The notes beneath the pieces were generated by a model that saw only the letters and a program-made list of their open reading frames with translations, did not search any database and was not told where the DNA came from. Of a stretch of DNA of 64,000 nucleotides, positions 1 through 10,348 are shown one piece after another (the first letter of the stretch is position 1; every line of letters starts with the position of its first letter). The stretch comes from Nitrospinales bacterium (lineage in GTDB: Bacteria; Nitrospinota; Nitrospinia; Nitrospinales; VA-1), in NCBI GenBank assembly GCA_965223345.1, contig CBDCWG010000012.1, positions 3,232,001 to 3,296,000 of the forward strand, in the 5' to 3' direction. Position numbers and translations under genes: made by a program.

Positions 1-3000
1 GATGTTCGCGCGAATGGTCAGAGGATGCGGCATCCCTCCATCGTCCGCCGCTTTGCTGACTTCACCCTCGAGAGCGAAGATCTTGGCGTTGGCGTTCGCA
101 AGCAAAAGCTTGCGCTCGAAATCCACCTCGATCTCATCCTCGGTGTTGGGATTGAACTTCAACGCTTTGTTGATCGCCACCACGCTGAAGTTTTTCACCG
201 GGGCGTCTTTCGGGCAAAGCGTCTTGCGAATCTTCTTCTTGAACTCCACTTCCTCGTTGCCCGGCAGCTCCTTCAGATCTTTCTGGAGCTTGTCGTGCAC
301 CCGGATGATGCCCCAGGTGCCTTCCGACAACTTGGAGGTGCGGCCGTCGTAATACAGATAGTCGCCGGCCATGCCCTGATAACCACCCGCGGTGGTCGCC
401 AGGTCGTAGCGTTCCGCGATACCCACATGCAACGCGTTGGTGACGCGGGAATCCCTGTCGTACCGCTCGGGCCGGTAGCCGTGACCGGAAACGACGAAGG
501 TGTGGGTCTCGTTCATCATGCCGTGCAGCAGCCGGAACACGATGTTGTCGCCCACATAGGCGCGCAACATCGGCGTTGCGGGTTCTCCATGCACTTTGCT
601 GCTGAACAGTTTGGACGCGTCCTTGTTGTTGGCCAAACGCGCCGTCAGAGAAGCCGCCCGGAAGTTGAAGCCGCCTCCGGTGGTGTGTGTGCCACCGTTC
701 AGATACGGGAACGCCACTTCAAGCATGTCGTCCGGCATCTGGAACGAGATGGACTGACCGGCTGCGATGGCGTTCTCGCGGGACAGGCCCGGAGGATTGC
801 CTTCGGTCACCAGCTGCGCGGTGTGCGGCACGGTGTCGTGCACCTGCGCCACCAGCTCGCGGAAGCTGCCGTTGCGGCCATATGCAAACGGTTCGGTGCC
901 GTGGATGTCGGCAACCGGGCCGCTGCGGATCTCTTTGCCCGTTTTGGGATCGTGATACGTGGATCCCCAGGGCTCGACGATCGTGGAGCCGATGCCGCCG
1001 TGCGGCCAGGTGGTCGCGCCGAACGCATGGTCGTGCCAGAACACCAGCCCGACATCCGCATCGACCCACCAGCGGTAACGCACGAACTCGGTGGTCACAA
1101 TCTCACCCCGCCTTGTGGCCGTGCTTCATGGCTTCGGTGAAGGTGATCTTGTACCTTCCATCCTTGGCCAGGCCTTTGCGCGGATCGGGAGACATGGACT
1201 TGATCCAGCGCGCGTCCTTGCCGTTGGGCACTTCGATGCCGACCATGATGTCCGCACCGACGTGGAACGGCGTGGAGCCTTTCGCCATTTCGATCTCGAT
1301 GGTCGTGTCGCCAGGCTTGGTGTCTTTCAAAAGCTTGGAGTTCATCGGGACCACGGCATGCCGACATGGTGACCGTCCTTCATCTTCTTGGTGAACTGCG
1401 TGTAGGATCTCATGGACTGATCGTATGAGAATCCGGAGATCACGCCGTCGGAGGCCTGATTGTCGAACTGGAAGAAATGCGGATGGATGTTGATTTTCGA
1501 CATCTGGAAGTTCGTGAAGTCGTCGTCGTTCCATTCGCTGGTGAGAATCAGGTCCACGCAGTCATACACGTTGGCGCGGATGACCAGAGGAATCGCCTTC
1601 TTCGGATCGGCTTTCACCGCCGCCATGTCTTCATCGATCACGTAGATGAGACCGTACTTGTCGATGATCGGCGGGGTTTTGCCGATGGCGTCGGAAAGCT
1701 GAATCGGCGTGTTGATGAAGTGCAGGTTGTACTGTTTTCTGCCTGCGCCTCTCGGGCAAAGACTCCAGCGGCCGTGTTCGCCGGGTTTCGCGGGAGCGCT
1801 GCTTTCCACGTTCGGCCCGGATTTGCCGCTGCCTGATTCCGTATCGAGGATCTCATCGTCCGGCAACAGGTGGAACGGTTCCAGCCAGGGTGCGCCGCCG
1901 TGATGACGGGCGAACGGAACCCGCTTGCCGAAATGCGGCGTCATGTGCGGCCACGCCAGCTTCCCTGTGAGCGGGGAAAACTGAATCGGATGCCGCTTGC
2001 CGGGATGCGGAGATTTGTATTTCGGCCATTTGACGATGGTTTCCCGCTCGGAAAGCGCGGTGGTGCCTTTCCAGCCGTAATCCCAAACCGAACCGTCGTA
2101 AGCCAATACCTGCCCTTTCAGATCGTCGGTGTGACCGGGCTTGCCCTGAGGCGGCAGCATGTACTTGACCCAGTCCTTGACATTGACGACCGGTGCTTTC
2201 TGGGTCCAGTCGCTTTTGCCTTTGCCGACGATTTTAAACTTCTTGCCAAACCAGTCCATGGTCTTGCCGACCAGTTTGTCGGAGCTGACCCCTTTGGGGA
2301 TCCGGCCCTTGCGGTCGGGAAGCTCCTGCAGCGGACGCATGACGTCGGTGCTGCCGAACGGATAGTTGCCGTCCTGGATCGTGTTGTACACGCGCCAGTA
2401 GCCCCACATGCCCGCCACGTAGTGATGCGCGACATGGCAATGGAACAGAAAGTCGCCCGCCAACCGCTGGCACAGACCGGAACCGCATTCGGTCTCAAGG
2501 TCCAGTGCTTCGGAAGGACCGATGACTTCCACGTCCACGCGGTCGGTCGTGGTGCGAACCACGGGATATTTAACCGGGCCGTTCCACGCGGCGGTGGTCA
2601 GGTTTTCCAGGCCGGGCTCACGCTTGGGAGAGCGGGTCCAGCGGATGGTGCCACCATGCGGATGGTGCGAGTGGAACACTTCGCCGCCGCCATGAATCAG
2701 GCGGAACTTCGCAGGATCGCCCAGGTAGGACCGGGGGATCGTGGTCGGCGCGTCGCCGAAGGTATAGGAACTGTAAGACAGGGATTCATCTTCAAAGTGG
2801 AACTTCTTTTCCTGAACCGCGAGGTTGTTGATGCCGAACGGCTCACTGCGGTAGTTCATCGCACGCGCGGAAGGACGGTAGGCGTCGGTCTGCGGGTCGC
2901 GCTGCGGAATCATCTCGCCGTGACGGTTCAGGGGACGGAAAGACTCGTCGCCGACTTCGTGGTAGAAAAGTGCGAACTCACGGAAGTCTTTGGCATCGTC

Positions 3001-3981
3001 GTTGACGATCATCGCCATCCAGCCCGATTCCAGCGGACCGCCGGTCCACGGATCGAGATACTTGGAGCCTTTCGGCTCGACGATGAACGCGCCGATCAGA
3101 CCCAGTGAAGAAGGATCGCGGCCGGCATGACTCTGAATCATGTGGCTGCCTTCCTGCTCGTCGATGGGAATGTACCACTCGAAATCCTGCGATTCGCCGG
3201 AGGCGATGATGGCCCCGGGAGACGCGGCGGTGGCCGGCGCACCGGAGGAGCTGATGATCATCGCGGAACCGTTGACCTGAAATCCGATGTCCTCGTCCTC
3301 AACTTCGTTGCGGACCTTGAAGCGCACGCAGTCGCCCTGGTTGCCGCGGATGGTCAGAGGCTGGATCAAGTCACCCTGCAAACCGTTGGTGAGAGAGCCG
3401 GGGTCCAGTTCGTCTTCGCGTGCTTTCGCGTTTTTCTCTTCATCCTTGCGGATCTGATCCACGTCCTTGGTCATAGCGTACATGTAGCCGGGATAGTAGT
3501 CGCCCCACTGGTTCAGCGTGACTTCCACGTTGATGGCCGTGATGTCGTAAGTCTTGACCGGAGCGGAACTGGGGCAATGCGCGCCCTTGTACACTTTCTC
3601 CGCGGCCTCGGACGGTCCCAGCAGATAGCTCTGGCCGAGCTGATGCGCCGCCCAGGAATCGTGGAAACCTCCGCCCGAGGAAGCCGGCGCGGCGTGCTCT
3701 TTGAGCTTGCCCTTCAACCGGTCCATCATACGCATGAAGGTGTTGTTCATGCGTTCCTGGCGGTTTTCCATGCCGCTCATCATCTCTTCGGTGTTGACCT
3801 GCTCCTCCAGCTTCTTCAACCAGGCCGGCTGGTCAACAGCCGGACCGATGCTCGAGGGCTTGCCGTGCATCGAATGATCCATCTTCATCTGTGCGCCTGC
3901 GGGAAGCCCCCACCCCAGGACCACGAGGGCTGTCGCCAGCGCACAACCAGTTATCCACCTCTTTTTTACCTGAAACTGCAT
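1..3981 (-). CDS. Very large secreted multicopper oxidase (MnxG-like), 3'-partial, with two compensating frameshifts (~1355 and ~1106)
   Basis: GGAGG precedes ATG at 3981, followed by a signal peptide. Copper motifs HSHHPHG, HCHVAHHYVAGM, NIHPHF are present. The protein-like reading continues in a shifted frame 1354-1106 (VVPMNSKLL...KHGHKAG), then returns to the original frame from 1104 (EIVTTEFVRYRWWVDADVGLVFWHDH...PHPLTIRANI), which is open to the window edge. Confidence 0.88.
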
Positions 3982-4209
3982 TTCATATCCTCCCATTGGT
4001 GATACGCATAAAATGCATATGATTTGCATCGAGACGCCACCTTGCGATGGGGCCTTGAGCAAACCTTTTCTTGATCCGCGCAGCCTCCCAACTGGCGGTC
4101 AGACCTCTTTATTTAAGGATTTTGCTTCGAAAGATCCTTGAAATTCGAATTTTGGATTGAAAAAGCGGGCTTTTCACCGTGAATAAATGACCGGAAACTC
4201 TACCATATT

Positions 4210-5583
4210 TTAATTTTCCTGCACAAGGGCCAAATGGAATTTTTTTTCGTCGCGCTTCAAAAGCAGAAATACCGGCCCGCCGCGGGGAATTTTGTGCACG
4301 ATGTTCTCGTAATGCTTGCGGCTGGTCACGATTTCGCCGTTGACGGACAATATCCGATCTCCGGTCTGCAGGCCTTTGGCCTCGGCGGAACTGCCGGGAG
4401 CGATCCGGCTGATGCCGAGCCCCTCCTTATCCTCGTCCGAATCCAGTTCCTCGGCGGCATCCAGCACCTCGATGCCCAGCACATTGGTCGATTCCCCCTG
4501 ATCCTTTAGGGAAGCCCGGGCCTGAACCTCGTTTTTCTGCTGCTCCAGCTTGACAGGGATCAACTGCGACTGCCCGTCGCGCAGGATGTCCAGGTGCACG
4601 GTCTGGCCGGGTGAAATGACGCCGATGATGCGGATCATTCGGGCCGGCGAATTCACCGGCACCCCGCCGATTTTCAGAATGACATCGCCCACCTTCACGC
4701 CCGCCTTGTGCGCCGGGTCGCCGTCGAACACCGAATTGACCATCACGCCCTCGCCCTCCTTGAGCAGCTCCCAGCCATCGACCAGTTCCGGGTTCACCGG
4801 CTCGATGCCCACGCCCAGCCAGCCGCGCCGCACTTCTCCGAATTCACGCAACTGCGATACGACGCGCTGCACCATGTTGGAGGGGATCGCAAAGCCGATG
4901 CTCTGCGCGTAATTGATGATGGCGGTGTTGATGCCGATGACCTCGCCGTCGAGGGTGATCAGGGGCCCGCCGGAGTTGCCGGGATTGATGGAAGCGTCGG
5001 TCTGGATGAAGTCTTCGTAGCGGGACAGGTTGATGTTTTCCCGATTGAGGCCGCTGATGATGCCGAAGGTCATGGTGTCGTTCAGTCCGTAGGGATTGCC
5101 GACCGCCACCACCATCTGGCCCACTTTGGCTTCCTGCGAATCCGCGAATTTCACCGAAGGCATGGGCTCGTCCAGCTCGATGCGCACCAGTGCGAGGTCC
5201 GTGTCTTCGTCGGTGCCCAGAACCTCGCCGATTTTTTCCTTCCCTCCGAACAGGGTCACCTGCACTTTATCGGAGCTCCTAACAACGTGACTGTTGGTGA
5301 CGATCAGGCCCTTTTCCCCGTCGATGATCACCCCCGCTCCGGCGTTGGAAGGGCGGCCGCGGCCCAGCCCCTTGGGCTGAACGATCTGTGAAGGAGGCAC
5401 GTAGGGCGAAATGCTGACCACCGCGGGCCGGACTCTGTCCGCCAGGGAAATGAGCGCGGACTGGATCTCTCTCAGCAGGTTCAGACCCCGGGGTTCTGCG
5501 AAGGCGGTGCCTCCGAACAGGACGCAATAAAAAATGAAACCCAGGATGGCAGTGCGAAGTCTTAATAGGAGTGGATCGTTCAT
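4210..5583 (-). CDS. degP: DegP/HtrA (Do) family periplasmic serine protease with two PDZ domains
   Basis: TNSHVV, DLAL and QTDASINPGNSGGP catalytic triad motifs; two PDZ-like C-terminal domains; signal peptide. Confidence 0.93.
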   Translation of the reverse strand: MNDPLLLRLRTAILGFIFYCVLFGGTAFAEPRGLNLLREIQSALISLADRVRPAVVSISPYVPPSQIVQPKGLGRGRPSNAGAGVIIDGEKGLIVTNSHVVRSSDKVQVTLFGGKEKIGEVLGTDEDTDLALVRIELDEPMPSVKFADSQEAKVGQMVVAVGNPYGLNDTMTFGIISGLNRENINLSRYEDFIQTDASINPGNSGGPLITLDGEVIGINTAIINYAQSIGFAIPSNMVQRVVSQLREFGEVRRGWLGVGIEPVNPELVDGWELLKEGEGVMVNSVFDGDPAHKAGVKVGDVILKIGGVPVNSPARMIRIIGVISPGQTVHLDILRDGQSQLIPVKLEQQKNEVQARASLKDQGESTNVLGIEVLDAAEELDSDEDKEGLGISRIAPGSSAEAKGLQTGDRILSVNGEIVTSRKHYENIVHKIPRGGPVFLLLKRDEKKFHLALVQEN

Positions 5584-6010
5584 GATATCATGGACCGGCG
5601 ATGGGGTTGACCCTTCCGGGTAACAGGAGGGGAAGAGGGCTGTTTTCCCGGATGCGAAATAGTGAAACTCGGACAGCTATGAAAATTATACCTTATCTTA
5701 CGCGATCATGAATTTTGCAAACACGCCGCTGAATTCGGATTTCAAGGAGTTTGAAGGGTCTATTTTTTACTCATTCCAACGGCGTTGTCAAGACAAGAAA
5801 CGGCCCGCACGGCCGCCTTTTGGCGCCGCCTTTCGCCCGGCCCGGCCGCGGCCAGTGGAAATGCATTCAAAACTCTGATTCGTGGGGACTTTTTCTGTCA
5901 CCGCCGCTGCAGAACGGCATTAAAAACACATGAAAATCTGATTGATTATCGGGAGCCCCGAAGCGGTTTCGCGGCGGGGAAGTTTTCGACTTTTTACAAG
6001 GGAAAAGCCT

Positions 6011-6694
6011 GTGGAGCAATCTGAAAACAAGACAGCGGAAGAAATTCTCAAATGGACGGCGGACCGTTACGGGGTGCGGGCCGGACTGGCCTCGAGTTTC
6101 GGCATGGAGGATGTGGTGCTGATCGACATGATCTCCAAACTGGGCGGCGGACTGACGGTGTTCACGCTCGACACCGGCCGCCTGCACGAGGAGACCTACC
6201 AGACGATGGACCGGGTGCGCAGCCGCTACGACATCGAGATCAAGACCTACTTTCCGCAAAAGGACTCGGTGGAGCGCCTGGTGCGCGAGAAGGGTTTTTT
6301 TTCGTTCAAGGAAACCGTGGAGAACCGCAAGGAGTGCTGCTTCATCCGCAAGGTGGAACCGCTCAACCGGGCGCTGTCCGAACTCGATGCCTGGATAACC
6401 GGTCTCAGGCGCGATCAAAACGTCACCCGCACCGACATTCAGAAAGTGGAGGAAGACGCGGACCACCCTCCCCTGCTCAAGATCAATCCGATCGCCGACT
6501 GGACGCAGCAGCGCGTGGAAGACTACATCAAGGCGAACAAGGTGCCCGTCAACCCGCTGCACGCGCAGCAATACCCGAGCATCGGCTGCGCCCCCTGCAC
6601 CCGTCCCATCGAGCCCGGCGAAGATGCGCGGGCGGGACGCTGGTGGTGGGAAAACCCGGAACACAAGGAATGCGGCCTGCACCGGCCGAAGTGA
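6011..6694 (+). CDS. cysH: Adenylyl-sulfate (APS)/PAPS reductase, Fe-S-cluster type
   Basis: SSFG, LDTG, ECCFIRKVEPL, YPSIGCAPCT, RAGRW and C-terminal ECGLH. The CC...CxxC motif indicates the [4Fe-4S] APS-reductase type. GTG start at 6011 is inferred. Confidence 0.93.
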   Translation: MEQSENKTAEEILKWTADRYGVRAGLASSFGMEDVVLIDMISKLGGGLTVFTLDTGRLHEETYQTMDRVRSRYDIEIKTYFPQKDSVERLVREKGFFSFKETVENRKECCFIRKVEPLNRALSELDAWITGLRRDQNVTRTDIQKVEEDADHPPLLKINPIADWTQQRVEDYIKANKVPVNPLHAQQYPSIGCAPCTRPIEPGEDARAGRWWWENPEHKECGLHRPK

Positions 6695-6712
6695 CCCTTT
6701 TCCTCTCCGGCT

Positions 6713-7429
6713 TCACGGCCTCTTCCCGGCAGACTCTTTACCGGCGTGGATGCGCTCCATGTCGTTGAGCACCGACACGATGAGCGGCACGAGCCAGGAC
6801 GCCGCCTGCCGGGCTTTTTTAAAGACGTTTCCCTGCAACCGGTCTTTTCCGGCTTTCCAGCGCGCCGCCATCCAGCGGTCGGCCTCGATGCACAAAAGCG
6901 GCAGCAGTTGAAACGCCATGCCGGCAACCGCGAGCGTTTCCTCGACCCAGCCCCGCCATCCTGCGGAAGCGATGCGGCTTTGCCGGGGCGATGCGGGCAT
7001 CCAGGCGCTGGGGTGCGTGGTGTGGATGAACAACAGTGAGATCAGGAACATCAGAGCGATGCGGCTGGTGTTCTGCGCGCCGGTTTCAAGCCCTTCCCAG
7101 GTGAGCGTCAGGGGAAAACCCGAAAACGCCTGAACGGGCGTTCCCGGTGTGAACAGGACCGGAAACAGCCCCGCGATCAACAGAAACCAGAAAACCGATT
7201 TCATCGCCACAAAGAGCCTGGGCAACGCATAACCGGAAAGCCGCGCGCCTGTCAGGCCCGCGGCGGCCAGAACCGCGATCCCCGGCCACCCGCCGAGCAC
7301 CGCGCCTGCAGCCAGAAGCAGAGCGAGACCGATTTTCCAGTGCACGGCTAGCCGATGCAGTGGGCCGTCGCCCGGCGTGTGGGAGCTGGAAAAAAGCGTG
7401 CGCGATAAATAACCGGCATCCTTTTGCAT
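6713..7429 (-). CDS. Energy-coupling factor transporter transmembrane (T) component, CbiQ/EcfT family, divergent C-terminus
   Basis: PGDGPLHRL..WKI N-terminal motif, multiple TM helices, LFTPG and TTHP motifs. Confidence 0.7.
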   Translation of the reverse strand: MQKDAGYLSRTLFSSSHTPGDGPLHRLAVHWKIGLALLLAAGAVLGGWPGIAVLAAAGLTGARLSGYALPRLFVAMKSVFWFLLIAGLFPVLFTPGTPVQAFSGFPLTLTWEGLETGAQNTSRIALMFLISLLFIHTTHPSAWMPASPRQSRIASAGWRGWVEETLAVAGMAFQLLPLLCIEADRWMAARWKAGKDRLQGNVFKKARQAASWLVPLIVSVLNDMERIHAGKESAGKRP

Positions 7430-7516
7430 AACCCATCCCCCAATGCGGAGCGGATCGCTTGATCGCCCGGACAAATTGTGGAATCATACGATGCGTTTCT
7501 GACACCACACAGTGCG

Positions 7517-8173
7517 ATGCCGACAGACCGTTCCATCATAGACGAAACACGCCGCCACGTCGAATCCCAGCTTGCGGGAGACGGCTCCGGGCACGACTGG
7601 TGGCATTGCTTCCGCGTCTGGCGGCTGTCCCAGAGAATCGCCGATGCGGAAGGCGCGGACCGCACCATCACCGAACTGGGAGCGCTGCTGCACGACATCG
7701 CGGACTGGAAATTCCACGGCGGCGACGAAAGCGCGGGTCCGCGCGAGGCCAGCGAGTTCCTGGGCAAAATCGGCGCGGAGTCAAAAATCATCGATCAGGT
7801 GTGCGGGATCATCGCGACAGTCTCCTACAAGGGCGCGGGGGTGCTCACGCCCATGCAGACCCTGGAAGGCAAGGTGGTGCAGGACGCGGACCGGCTCGAC
7901 GCCATCGGGGCCATGGGAATCGCCCGGGCGTTCGCGTACGGCGGCAACAGGGACCGGCTGATGTACCACCCCGATGAACCGCCGGTGATGCATCAGAGTT
8001 TCGAAGAGTACAAAAAGAACAAGGGACACACGATCAATCATTTCTACGAAAAGCTGCTGTTATTGAAAGACCGGATGAACACAAAGACGGGCAGGCAGGT
8101 GGCGGAAGAGCGGCACCGGTTCATGGAAATCTATCTCGAACAGTTTTTTGAGGAATGGGATGGAAAACGCTGA
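7517..8173 (+). CDS. HD-domain metal-dependent phosphohydrolase
   Basis: GHDWWH..RV, LLHDIAD, VVQDADRLDAIGA, HFYEKLL motifs. Confidence 0.92.
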   Translation: MPTDRSIIDETRRHVESQLAGDGSGHDWWHCFRVWRLSQRIADAEGADRTITELGALLHDIADWKFHGGDESAGPREASEFLGKIGAESKIIDQVCGIIATVSYKGAGVLTPMQTLEGKVVQDADRLDAIGAMGIARAFAYGGNRDRLMYHPDEPPVMHQSFEEYKKNKGHTINHFYEKLLLLKDRMNTKTGRQVAEERHRFMEIYLEQFFEEWDGKR

Positions 8174-8987
8174 ACGCGTGCAGGCCTGCGCTGAGCTTTT
8201 GCGACAGGGCGGCCGGATTCTGATCCTGACCAGCGCCGGCATGAGCGCGGATTCCAACATCCCCACGTTCCGCGACAAGGACGGCTACTGGAGAAATTTC
8301 CCGCCGTTCAAGGAAAAGAACCTGGAGGCGCAGGACCTCGCCAGTCCCTGGGCATTCCGCAACGAGCTGCCGCACGCCTGGGCGTTTTACGAATGGCGGC
8401 GGCGCAATGCGGATGAGAACACGCCGCATGCGGGCTACGGCATCCTCAACGACTGGCTTCAAAACGAGTTCGAGGAAGGGTTCATCCACACCACCAACAC
8501 GGACGGCTACCACCTGCGCTCGGGCAGCCCGGAAGACAAGGTGATGGAGGTGCACGGCTCCATGTGGCGGCTGCAATGCCTCAACGTGTGCTCGTACCGT
8601 TTCTGGGACGAACCCGCGGTGCCGCTGTGCGAGCTGGATCACGCAACCATGTGCGCCTCGGACTTCCCCCGCTGCCCGAACTGCAACGCCATCGCGCGGC
8701 CGCACATCCTGATGTTCGGCGACGGGGAATACGTCGGGCACCCGGAACAGGAACGCAACTTTCAGGATTTCGCCGGCCGCAGGGTCGATCTGGTAGTGCT
8801 GATCGGCAGCTCCGGCGCAGTGCCCACCAACGACTACATTGCCTACCAGTTGCAGCAGAACGGCGCGCAGGTGATCAACATCAATCCGGACGCGTCCGCG
8901 AACCGCATCGTCGGCACGCAGCATTTCCTGCCGATGACGAGCCGGGCGGCGCTGGAGGCGCTGCACCGGGCGGCGTTCGCCCCCTGA
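8160..8987 (+). CDS. Sir2-family NAD-dependent protein deacylase
   Basis: TSAGMSADSNIPTFR, TTNTDGYH, EVHGS, Zn site CLNVC...CPNC, RPHILMFG, IGSSG, INPD; overlaps the HD gene by 14 nt. Confidence 0.9.
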   Translation: MENAERVQACAELLRQGGRILILTSAGMSADSNIPTFRDKDGYWRNFPPFKEKNLEAQDLASPWAFRNELPHAWAFYEWRRRNADENTPHAGYGILNDWLQNEFEEGFIHTTNTDGYHLRSGSPEDKVMEVHGSMWRLQCLNVCSYRFWDEPAVPLCELDHATMCASDFPRCPNCNAIARPHILMFGDGEYVGHPEQERNFQDFAGRRVDLVVLIGSSGAVPTNDYIAYQLQQNGAQVININPDASANRIVGTQHFLPMTSRAALEALHRAAFAP

Positions 8988-9024
8988 GTTTTTTCCACCC
9001 GGATCTTCGCTTCCGTCACGAATT

Positions 9025-9117
9025 TGTCATGCTGAGCCCATCGAAGCATGAGCCCTTCGGCAAGCTCAGGACAAACTTGAAGCATCGTAGGCACCCTTCG
9101 ACAAGCTCAGGGTGACA
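9025..9117. repeat. REP-like palindromic repeat cluster (CTTCGACAAGCTCAGG family), three units
   Basis: tgtcatgctgagcccatcgaagcatga, cccttcggcaagctcaggacaaac and cccttcgacaagctcagggtgaca; same family recurs at 33802-33882. Confidence 0.8.
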
Positions 9118-9162
9118 TCATTTTAAGAACATTGTTCACTCACTGAGCAATACAACGATCCT

Positions 9163-10152
9163 CTACTGCACCAGCACCAGCTTGCCCCAGTGTTCGTGCG
9201 CTTCCATCTCCCGGTGCGCCTCGGCGACCTGCTGCAGCGGAAAGGTGCGGTGCACGGGCAGGCTCACCTCCCCCGTTTCCACCAGCGGCAGCGCGTCCCG
9301 CCAGGCTTCCTGCAACGCCCGGGGGTCCGCCAGATTGCGAAGAATCACGTAGCCGTGAATGCGGATCTGGTTGAACAGCAATCCGGAGGGAACTGTGAAC
9401 TGGTTTCCACCGAGGACGCCGTAGAGCACGTAGGTGCTGTTGTAGTTCATCAGTTCGAGCAGCGCCGTCGCGGTCTTGCCGCACACCGGATCGAACACGT
9501 AATCCACGCCCGCATCGCCGATAAGACCGGTTATTTTTTTCTGCAAACGTGCGGGATCGCTTTCGACGATCACGTCGGCGCCCAGCGCTTCAATCGATTT
9601 TTTCTTTTTGTCCGAACGCGTGGTGGCGATCACCCTCAGATTTTTCCGGCGCGCCAGCTGGATCGCGGCGATACCGACCGCTCCGGTGCACGCGGTGACG
9701 ACGACGGTGCCGGATTCGGGCAGCGGCGAATGCAGGTGCATGGCATCGTAAGCGGTGAGCAATGCGATGGGCAGCGCAGCGGCTTCGGAAAAATCCAGAT
9801 TCCCGGGAAAGCGCAGCAGTTTCTGCCGCGGCGTTTTTATCTTTTCGGCGTAGCAACCCTGCTGCGGCTGCAGGTAGGCGTCAAAATCTGCGACGACCAC
9901 CCGGTCGCCGGGAGAAAGATCGTTCACCGCGGAGCCGGTTTTTTCCACCACCCCCGCCCCCTCGGATCCCAGAACGAATCCTTCGGACAGATCCACCGGC
10001 CATTCGCCGCTGCGGATCATCACTTCGGACCAGTTGAGCCCGGTGGCCCTCAGATCCACGAGCACGTCGTTGTCACCCAGCGCCGGGTCGCTCGCCTCCG
10101 CAATTTCGAACACCCCCGGTCCTCCGGTTCGGCGAACCAAAACCTGTTTCAT
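9163..10152 (-). CDS. NADPH:quinone oxidoreductase-like medium-chain dehydrogenase/reductase
   Basis: GLNWSE, LGSEGAGVV, Rossmann-like TACTGAVG, C-terminal AHREME..GKLVL. Confidence 0.9.
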   Translation of the reverse strand: MKQVLVRRTGGPGVFEIAEASDPALGDNDVLVDLRATGLNWSEVMIRSGEWPVDLSEGFVLGSEGAGVVEKTGSAVNDLSPGDRVVVADFDAYLQPQQGCYAEKIKTPRQKLLRFPGNLDFSEAAALPIALLTAYDAMHLHSPLPESGTVVVTACTGAVGIAAIQLARRKNLRVIATTRSDKKKKSIEALGADVIVESDPARLQKKITGLIGDAGVDYVFDPVCGKTATALLELMNYNSTYVLYGVLGGNQFTVPSGLLFNQIRIHGYVILRNLADPRALQEAWRDALPLVETGEVSLPVHRTFPLQQVAEAHREMEAHEHWGKLVLVQ

Positions 10153-10348
10153 TTTCCCTCGTTTATCGTCGGTTTGGCCTTGAAAACGGGGGATTCCTCC
10201 CCCGTCGCAGGCGGATTTAAGGGTTGTATCCCATGAAAAATATAGTATTCTGCTTGAAATTCCTAATTTAAAGTCCCTGAATCCTATCTAATGTATCAAT
10301 CCATGATTGCCAGTTTGCGACCGTGAGACCAGCTTTGGAGGAAGTCAA

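Noticed and set aside
25..1140. 371-aa plus-strand ORF and many similar long ORFs (e.g. 23001-25043, 27027-28889, 45270-47051, 59605-61374, 62260-63951)
   Set aside because: Antisense shadows of real genes, expected in high-GC DNA; no recognisable motifs
1103..1344. TGA codons in the oxidase as selenocysteine or programmed recoding sites
   Set aside because: Readthrough would not restore the protein because the frame changes; further stops follow; no slippery heptamer or SECIS-like stem seen
4024..4040. Sigma54 motif upstream of the oxidase (TGGCGTCTCGATGCA)
   Set aside because: GG-to-GC spacing is 9 nt, not the required 10
7517..8987. Sir2 plus HD as an anti-phage system (Thoeris/DSR-like)
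   Set aside because: The sirtuin is a short zinc-binding deacylase type with catalytic His and host-like GC; no TIR, HerA or Argonaute partner
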